Assembly (NCBI GenBank): GCA_030535975.1
Contig: JAUNQW010000004.1
Location: 34,590-58,589 of the forward strand
DNA length: 24,000 bases
Origin: Atopococcus tabaci
Lineage (GTDB): Bacteria; Bacillota; Bacilli; Lactobacillales; Carnobacteriaceae_A
Direction of reading: 5' to 3'
The position numbers were made by a program, and so were the translations under genes. The notes beneath the pieces are model-generated. The model ran no database searches and was not told the DNA's origin. It saw only the letters and a program-made list of their open reading frames with translations. The first letter of the stretch is position 1. Each line of letters starts with the position of its first letter. Positions 18,499 to 24,000 of this stretch are shown here, piece after piece.

Positions 18499-19668
18499 CT
18501 AATTTGCAGGATCAACTTCATGAATATCTGATGGTGATCCTTCTTGAATTTCAATAATAGATACTGATTTTACAGGGTTATGGTTTTCATCAAATGAGAA
18601 TGTTCCTGTAACACCTTCAAAGTTTTCAGTCTTTGCAATTTCTTCATTAATAGCAACTGGATCCGTAGAACCCGCACGTTCAACTGCTTCTTTAACAATT
18701 TGAACAGAGTCATAAGCCAGGCCGGTAAACATATCTGGTTCAACATCGAATTGCTCACGGTATGAAGAAACAAATTCTTGAGTTGTTGGATCTTCACTTT
18801 CAACAGCAAAGTGTGAGGTATAGAAAACATTCGTCATATTAGCTTCTCCAGCTAAATCATAGATGATTTCATTCCCAAATCCATCCGGGCCTAAGATAGG
18901 TTGTGTAATTCCCATTTCACGAGCCTGTTTGATGATCGGGCCTGCCTGCTCATAATATCCCGGAACATATAGAACATCGAATTCCATATCTTCAATATTA
19001 GTTAATGAAGCAGAAAAGTCTGTCTGGTCAGCTGTAAAGTTTTGTACCGACACAATTTCACCTTGGAAGGTATCTTCGAATGTTTGAGTTAAACCTTGAG
19101 CATAATCACTGGAGTTATCTGCAAAGATAACTGCGTTTTCAGCTTGTAAATTTTCATTAGCAAACTGAGCTAATGCTTGTCCTTGATAAGAGTTGGTGAA
19201 ACATGCTCTGTATGCAAAGTCATACACACTGCCGTCTTCTCTTTCTAAAACACTGTCATCTGTTGCTGTTGGTGAAATGATAGGCACTTGGTTTTGATCT
19301 GCAATAGGAATAGCAGCTTGGAAAGTACCTGTTAATGCAGGCCCTACAATAGCTGATACCTCGTCACCCGTGGTTAAGGTTGTCGTTGATTGAGCAGACT
19401 GCGTTTCATCGGATTGAATATCATATTCAAAAATTTCAAGTTCTTTACCATCAATTCCGCCTTCGTCATTGATTTCTTCAACTGCCATCTTAACGGCATT
19501 GTTCATAGAAGTACCATACCCGGCAGCAGAACCTGTCAGCTCAAACATGGATCCTATTTTAACCGTGTCATCGGAATCGGTCTCTGCTTCTTGACCCCCA
19601 TTAGAACATGCTGCCAGCAACAAACTTGCGGCTACCAGGCCACCTGCAATATATTTTTTTATCTTCAT
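18499..19668 (-). CDS. Branched-chain amino-acid type ABC substrate-binding lipoprotein, copy 2
   Basis: 389 aa; lipobox LLLAACSNG; same family as 16877-18052, with shared blocks including YYEQAGPIIKQAREMGITQPILGPDGFGNE and FSFDENHNPVKSVSIIEIQ. Confidence 0.92.
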   Translation of the reverse strand: MKIKKYIAGGLVAASLLLAACSNGGQEAETDSDDTVKIGSMFELTGSAAGYGTSMNNAVKMAVEEINDEGGIDGKELEIFEYDIQSDETQSAQSTTTLTTGDEVSAIVGPALTGTFQAAIPIADQNQVPIISPTATDDSVLEREDGSVYDFAYRACFTNSYQGQALAQFANENLQAENAVIFADNSSDYAQGLTQTFEDTFQGEIVSVQNFTADQTDFSASLTNIEDMEFDVLYVPGYYEQAGPIIKQAREMGITQPILGPDGFGNEIIYDLAGEANMTNVFYTSHFAVESEDPTTQEFVSSYREQFDVEPDMFTGLAYDSVQIVKEAVERAGSTDPVAINEEIAKTENFEGVTGTFSFDENHNPVKSVSIIEIQEGSPSDIHEVDPAN

Positions 19669-19703
19669 TTCTTTTCCCCCTTTTTTATCCTAAAGAAAAA
19701 TAA

Positions 19704-19730
19704 AAAGCGAGCCTTTAACCGGCTCGCTTT
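19704..19730 (-). terminator. Intrinsic terminator/attenuator in the leader of SBP copy 2
   Basis: Minus strand AAAGCGAGCC-GGTTAAA-GGCTCGCTTT followed by TTATTTTTC, between the promoter and the gene. Confidence 0.88.
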
Positions 19731-19747
19731 AATTAGTTAGAAGAGCC
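19721..19747 (-). promoter_or_regulatory. Candidate antiterminator for SBP copy 2
   Basis: Minus strand GGCTC (19747-19743) complementary to GAGCC (19725-19721) in the 5' arm of the terminator; the core is only 5 bp, possibly extended by TT/AA across a 2-nt bulge. Confidence 0.5.
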
Positions 19748-19765
19748 TCTTTTCCAATACGAAAT

Positions 19766-19796
19766 GAGACCTCCACCAACATTCTGGTAAGGACTC
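19766..19796 (-). promoter_or_regulatory. Hairpin directly after the leader ORF stop, SBP copy 2
   Basis: Minus strand GAGTCCTTACCA-GAATGT-TGGTGGAGGTCTC; ACCA/TGGT, CCT/AGG and GAG/CTC pair with small internal interruptions. Confidence 0.5.
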
Positions 19797-19797
19797 T

Positions 19798-19869
19798 CTA
19801 CATAACTAATAATAAGAAATCTTCTTTTTGAACAGCAGATGACACGGTTAATTTTATTGTATTGTTCAT
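19798..19869 (-). CDS. Candidate 23-aa regulatory leader peptide upstream of SBP copy 2 (MNNTIKLTVSSAVQKEDFLLLVM)
   Basis: AAAAGGAGTGG SD before ATG; ends TTC TTA TTA TTA GTT ATG TAG (Phe-Leu-Leu-Leu-Val-Met-stop); placed between promoter and attenuator. Confidence 0.75.
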   Translation of the reverse strand: MNNTIKLTVSSAVQKEDFLLLVM

Positions 19870-19907
19870 ATCATCCACTCCTTTTCCATTTTCTCTAGAT
19901 GAAACTT

Positions 19908-19935
19908 ATTATATAAGCTTTTAGTTTTTTTGCAA
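19908..19935 (-). promoter_or_regulatory. Sigma-A-type promoter for leader 2 / SBP copy 2
   Basis: Minus strand TTGCAA (19935-19930), 16-nt spacer, TATAAT (19913-19908). Confidence 0.78.
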
Positions 19936-19936
19936 G

Positions 19937-20611
19937 CTAAATAAATTCTGCAGAACTCAAAACGCGTGTGCTGTACTCCTCAGCGAAGTTGATATCATGT
20001 GTAACTACGATAATTCCTGTACCTTCTGCAGCAATGCTTTGAATCATCTCTCCCACAATACTTGCCGAGTCTTTATCTAAAGCAGACGTCGGCTCATCAA
20101 AGCATAATACTTTCGGATCCAGCATCATGCTTCGAGCGATAGCAACTCTCTGGGCCTGCCCTCCGGACAAGGTCTTTGGCATAGCATTAATTTTCTCACC
20201 TAAACCCATCTGCTCCAATAAAGCAACAGCTTTTTCACGAATCGCTTGTTTAGAAAGAATTTTTTGTGCTAAAGGTGCTTCCATCAGATTTTCTAAAGCG
20301 GACATATTAGGAAAGAGTTGATAATCCTGGAAAACCATACCAATCTCATTGTCGTAAGCCCAGCGTTCACTTCCACTTGTATAAGTGACCTGTCCATTTT
20401 CGTCTGTATCCACTAATTTAGCATCATTGATCATTACACAGCCCTGGTCAATTGGAATTAAAGAATTTAAGATTCGAATAAAAGTTGTTTTACCTGTCCC
20501 TGACTCACCAACAAGTGCAACAATTTCTCCTTCTTCCATTTTAAAACTAAAATTATCTAAAATGACTGCATCATCAAATTTTTTAGATAGATTCTTTACT
20601 ACTAAAGTCAT
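19937..20611 (-). CDS. Polar amino-acid ABC transporter ATP-binding protein (GlnQ/HisP-type)
   Basis: 224 aa; LVGESGTGKTTFIRILN, LSGGQAQRVAIARSMMLDPKVLCFDEPTSALD. Confidence 0.93.
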   Translation of the reverse strand: MTLVVKNLSKKFDDAVILDNFSFKMEEGEIVALVGESGTGKTTFIRILNSLIPIDQGCVMINDAKLVDTDENGQVTYTSGSERWAYDNEIGMVFQDYQLFPNMSALENLMEAPLAQKILSKQAIREKAVALLEQMGLGEKINAMPKTLSGGQAQRVAIARSMMLDPKVLCFDEPTSALDKDSASIVGEMIQSIAAEGTGIIVVTHDINFAEEYSTRVLSSAEFI

Positions 20612-20620
20612 GACGGCCTC

Positions 20621-21256
20621 CTAATATTCCACTCTCTGTTCAACTTTATTCAATGCAAAAGTTACGACTCCGGTCACCAGTAAATAAAGGACTCCTACCG
20701 CTAAGAATGGCACCAGCGTAGCGTAAGTATTTACTGCAATCTGACCTGCACGCAGCAGCTCCCCGATCCCTATAACATACACAAGTGAAGTGTCCTTAAC
20801 CAAGGAAATAACTTCATTTCCCACCGAGGGCATAACAACCCGGAAGACCTGGGGCAGAATAATTCTTCTGAACCCTCTAACTTTACCGATTTGCAAAACA
20901 TGGATGGCTTCAAACTGACCAGCTGGAATGGAATTAATACCTCCTCGGAAAATTTCAGCAAAATAAGCTGCATAATTTAGAATGTAAGCGAGCAGGGCTG
21001 CTGAAAAACGAGCCATGGAGATTCCCACAAAAGGGAGTCCAAAGAAAACAAACATAAGTTGAAGCATTAAGGGCGTTCCACGCATCACATATATATATAT
21101 TCCAATCAACCCTTGCAGCCATTTAGGTCCAAAGACACGCAGTACACCTAAAATCAAACCTAAAGGCAGACTCGCTAGGAGAACAATAGTAAATAAAGAT
21201 AGAGTTGTTTGTAGACCATTCATTAAAGATGGCCATATTTGTATGATTAAGTCCAT
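20621..21256 (-). CDS. Polar amino-acid ABC transporter permease (HisM/GlnP-type)
   Basis: 211 aa; YIYVMRGTPLMLQLMFVFFGLP, YAAYFAEIFRGGINSIPAGQFEA. Confidence 0.93.
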   Translation of the reverse strand: MDLIIQIWPSLMNGLQTTLSLFTIVLLASLPLGLILGVLRVFGPKWLQGLIGIYIYVMRGTPLMLQLMFVFFGLPFVGISMARFSAALLAYILNYAAYFAEIFRGGINSIPAGQFEAIHVLQIGKVRGFRRIILPQVFRVVMPSVGNEVISLVKDTSLVYVIGIGELLRAGQIAVNTYATLVPFLAVGVLYLLVTGVVTFALNKVEQRVEY

Positions 21257-21284
21257 GTTTTTTATTCCTCAATTCTGATGAGCT

Positions 21285-22088
21285 TTATTCTTCAGAGAAC
21301 CACTTACTATAAATTTCATCATAAGTGCCATCTTCGATAATTTCTTGTAAAGAAGCGTCAAACTCTTCTTTGAAAGCTGTGTCTTCCTGGCGCATACCTA
21401 CAGCATAGACTTCTTCGCCAAAATTATCCTCCAAGACACGGTAAGCAAAGTCATCATTCAAGCTCATGTAATAACGCCCCATCACTTCATCCACAACAAT
21501 GGCTTCAGCACGGCCGCTGATCAAATCATTGAAAACATCGTTATTTGACGGGTACTGCACAACTTCTCCATCGGCGAATAAAGCTGGATAATCTCCCTCA
21601 TCATCATTGATTGCATCTACTGCACTTGATGATTGTTGAGCGGCAACAACTTTACCTTCTAAATCCTCTTTCGTCTGGATATCACTATCTTCAGCTGTTA
21701 CGATCATTTGACTATTTTCCATATAAGCTTCTGAAAACAGTACTTTTTCTTCACGCTCAGGTGTTACTGTGTATCCATTCCAAATTAAATCGATATTACC
21801 AGCATCTAACTCAGTTTCTTTTAGAGACCAGTCGATGGCTTGAAAATCCATTTCAATGCCTAATCTTTGACCCACTTCCTTAGCCAGATCAATATCAAAT
21901 CCAACCAGTTCACCATTATCATCTCTAAAACCCATCGGCGGGAAAGTATCATCCAATCCAACAATTATACTTTCATATGAAGCTGAGGAATCACCAGCTC
22001 CTTCCTCACTCGTTTCACCATTACCACAAGCAGCTAAAACTAAACTTACCGACAAAATCGACATGAAACTTACTAACCATTTTTTCAT
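21285..22088 (-). CDS. Polar amino-acid ABC transporter substrate-binding lipoprotein
   Basis: 267 aa; lipobox LVLAACGNG; IIVGLDDTFPPMGFRDDNGELVGFDIDLAKEVGQRLG (SBP family 3). Confidence 0.94.
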   Translation of the reverse strand: MKKWLVSFMSILSVSLVLAACGNGETSEEGAGDSSASYESIIVGLDDTFPPMGFRDDNGELVGFDIDLAKEVGQRLGIEMDFQAIDWSLKETELDAGNIDLIWNGYTVTPEREEKVLFSEAYMENSQMIVTAEDSDIQTKEDLEGKVVAAQQSSSAVDAINDDEGDYPALFADGEVVQYPSNNDVFNDLISGRAEAIVVDEVMGRYYMSLNDDFAYRVLEDNFGEEVYAVGMRQEDTAFKEEFDASLQEIIEDGTYDEIYSKWFSEE

Positions 22089-22137
22089 TTATATTCCCCC
22101 TTATTAAATTTATCATTTGATTTACAAAAAAATAAAA

Positions 22138-22181
22138 TCGTCCTTTAATGAGCTGGCCTTTTTCAGCTCATTAAAGGACGA
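22138..22181 (-). terminator. Leader terminator of the polar amino-acid ABC operon
   Basis: tcgtcctttaatgagctg-gcctttttcagctcattaaaggacga; 18-bp perfect stem, then TTTTATTTTTTT on the minus strand. Confidence 0.93.
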
Positions 22182-22430
22182 CTCTGCTAAGGAGCGTGTT
22201 CCCACCTTTTTTTACAGCTTTTTTACAAAAGCTGCCTCTGTGCGTCTTTTCAGACGCTAACCTGCTAACGGAAGGCTCCGGAAATGTTTACTTTTCAAAT
22301 GATTCAACATTCTGCTCCAAAGATGTGTTTCAAAGTCTGATTGTCATCATTTTCACCGGGCATGATGTCTCTAAAAGCAACACGACTTCTACTCTTTCTT
22401 TTCACTGCATTATAAAGATATTACATCGAT
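22138..22430 (-). promoter_or_regulatory. T-box-like leader upstream of the polar amino-acid ABC operon
   Basis: Minus strand contains TTTTAGAGA, a distal CATCAT...GGTGAAAATGATG hairpin, CACATCTTTGGAGCAG, two internal hairpins, the degenerate T-box AGGTGGGAACACG (22195-22207), and an 18-bp terminator. Confidence 0.75.
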
Positions 22431-22432
22431 AA

Positions 22433-22460
22433 TTATAGCAAATTCGAGTATATTGTAAAG
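22433..22460 (-). promoter_or_regulatory. Extended -10 promoter for the T-box-like leader
   Basis: Minus strand TTTACA, 16-nt spacer containing a terminal TGC, then TATAAT. Confidence 0.6.
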
Positions 22461-22547
22461 CTTTAATTAAAGCTGTTCCGCCCTAATAAAAATTAAAGTA
22501 ATATTTGCTAGTTTTTTAAGATATTCTTTGCTACAATACGATTGTTA

Positions 22548-22561
22548 TGAAAGCGCTTTCT
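22548..22561 (+). promoter_or_regulatory. cre site (CcpA operator) upstream of pckA
   Basis: TGAAAGCGCTTTCT fits the cre consensus and lies about 10 nt downstream of a TGC-TACAAT -10 box (22532-22537), just before the SD. Confidence 0.85.
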
Positions 22562-22575
22562 AAGGAGGAATAATT

Positions 22576-24000
22576 TTGTCAACGGTAGAATCTTATACCA
22601 GAAACACCATAACTAACAAAAACACTCTTTTTTCACCCATGAAATCAACGGTAGAAACTTCGTTTTATATGAATAATACCAAACACTTGTGTTCGGTTTC
22701 CCAAGCTTACGAATTATCTCTATTAAATAAAGGGATGATTGTCTTAGATCGAGAAGTATCTCATCCAGAGGAATTAGGCTTACCTGAGGGAGCAAAAATA
22801 CTAGTGGATAATGGTGGAGCTGTTACAGGTCGTACAGCAGCCGCGCGTCGCATTAAGGGAGATAACCCTAATGAAGATAAAGCGATAGAAAAGATTGCCC
22901 GCCAGGCTATTTTCGACAACCGTTTTCGTACTTTATATAATGCCTCAGCTTATGTCGGCTTAGATAAAGAATTTATGGTAAAGGCACATTTGAATATTCC
23001 GGAAGAATACGTAGGAAACCTTTACACATGGTTAATGAACTTCCAAGCCTGCAATGAAGCTTATGATGAACTTTACGAAAAATCCACTCACTATGAGAAG
23101 GAAAGTGACATTTTTGTCTACTGTGATCCAGATTGGCAGCACGAGGATTATCCGAATGGACTGGCTTATTTTGATGTCCTTCACAACACTGCGATTATCT
23201 TAGGCTTACAGTACTTTGGAGAGCTCAAAAAAGGAACGCTGACCTTAGCCTGGGCAACCGCTGAAAGAAATAATTATGTTCCCTGTCATGGCGGTCTAAA
23301 AATATTTAACCGCGAGAAGGATTCATATGTTGCATCGTTCTTTGGTTTATCCGGATCAGGTAAGTCCACTTTAACTCATGCCAAGCACGAGGATAAATAT
23401 GACATCAAGGTCTTGCATGATGATGCATTTATTATCGATAAAAAAGATGGCTCTTCTATCGCTCTAGAACCAGCTTACTTCGATAAAACCAATGATTACG
23501 CTGGAGGTCATCCGGCTCAGGACTATTTCGTCACTATTCAGAATATAGGTGTCGTTCCTGATGAAGAAGGTAAATTAGCCATTCAAGCAGATGACGTTCG
23601 AAATGGTAACGGACGGACAATAAAGTCACGTTACTCTACCGACAACCGAGTGGACCGTATTGAAGAAGGAATTGATTCTATTTTCTGGATCATCAAGGAT
23701 AATGCCTTCCCCCCAATTACTAAGATAACTAATTCTGCCTTAGCGACAGCATTTGGTTTAACCTTGATGACCAAACGTTCAACAGCTGAAAATTTAGTAG
23801 GCGGGCAGAAGCCGGGAGAAAAATTAGTGATTGAACCTTTCGCTAACCCGTTCCGTGTCTATCCTTTGATTAATGACTACAAAAACTTCAAATCTTTATT
23901 TGACAGTGACGTAGATTGCTATCTAATCAATACGGGAGACTTCATGGACCAGGATATTCCAAAAGAAGTCACTCTATCCATCTTAGAATCAATTGTTGAA
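22576..24000 (+). CDS. pckA: Phosphoenolpyruvate carboxykinase (ATP), TTG start, partial at window edge
   Basis: AAGGAGGA SD then TTG. Translation includes FFGLSGSGKSTLTHAKHEDKY, VLHDDAFII and LTLMTKRSTAE, PCK(ATP) motifs; open to the end of the window. Missing from the supplied ORF track. Confidence 0.92.
   Translation, partial: MSTVESYTRNTITNKNTLFSPMKSTVETSFYMNNTKHLCSVSQAYELSLLNKGMIVLDREVSHPEELGLPEGAKILVDNGGAVTGRTAAARRIKGDNPNEDKAIEKIARQAIFDNRFRTLYNASAYVGLDKEFMVKAHLNIPEEYVGNLYTWLMNFQACNEAYDELYEKSTHYEKESDIFVYCDPDWQHEDYPNGLAYFDVLHNTAIILGLQYFGELKKGTLTLAWATAERNNYVPCHGGLKIFNREKDSYVASFFGLSGSGKSTLTHAKHEDKYDIKVLHDDAFIIDKKDGSSIALEPAYFDKTNDYAGGHPAQDYFVTIQNIGVVPDEEGKLAIQADDVRNGNGRTIKSRYSTDNRVDRIEEGIDSIFWIIKDNAFPPITKITNSALATAFGLTLMTKRSTAENLVGGQKPGEKLVIEPFANPFRVYPLINDYKNFKSLFDSDVDCYLINTGDFMDQDIPKEVTLSILESIVE

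Noticed and set aside
19390-19740. 116-aa plus-strand ORF overlapping SBP copy 2 and its terminator
   Set aside because: Antisense to a clearly coding lipoprotein signal region; the translated product looks like low-complexity shadow sequence.
20127-20973. Three plus-strand ORFs opposite the polar amino-acid ABC ATPase and permease
   Set aside because: Antisense to conserved transporter genes with intact Walker motifs; no independent support.
22196-22432. 78-aa plus-strand ORF
   Set aside because: Lies fully within the minus-strand T-box-like leader; no convincing SD or family match.
1-24000. CRISPR array, prophage, defence island or biosynthetic cluster
   Set aside because: No regularly spaced repeats, cas genes, phage structural genes or clustered defence-like domains were seen; gene content is housekeeping and transport.

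Overview
This 24 kb window is chromosomal housekeeping and transport DNA from a low-GC Gram-positive, probably Lactobacillales (inference from gene content and sequence character). No mobile element, CRISPR array, tRNA or rRNA was seen. In window order it holds: mutS2 (partial, minus), cvpA-like, zapA, rnhC (plus), a short AI-2E-type membrane protein, pheT-pheS behind a T-box leader, an HxlR-type regulator, an HD-domain protein, a TrmH/SpoU-family RNA methyltransferase, a pRiA4b ORF-3-like protein (plus), alanine dehydrogenase, a GNAT acetyltransferase (plus), a branched-chain amino-acid ABC operon (livK-H-M-G-F plus a CBS/ACT protein), a second livK paralog, a polar amino-acid ABC operon behind a T-box-like leader, and pckA (partial, plus, TTG start) with a consensus cre site. 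The most interesting signal lies upstream of the two liv substrate-binding protein genes. Each has its own sigma-A-like promoter, then a strong-SD micro-ORF (29 and 23 codons) ending in branched-chain codons (...V-T-I-I-M-stop and ...L-L-L-V-M-stop). Each micro-ORF is followed by an intervening hairpin, a candidate antiterminator arm and an intrinsic terminator, and the end of each micro-ORF can pair with the loop of its own antiterminator. The architecture is the same at both loci but the sequences differ. This suggests paired ribosome-mediated transcription attenuators controlling branched-chain amino-acid uptake, with possibly different Ile and Leu/Val codon specificities.
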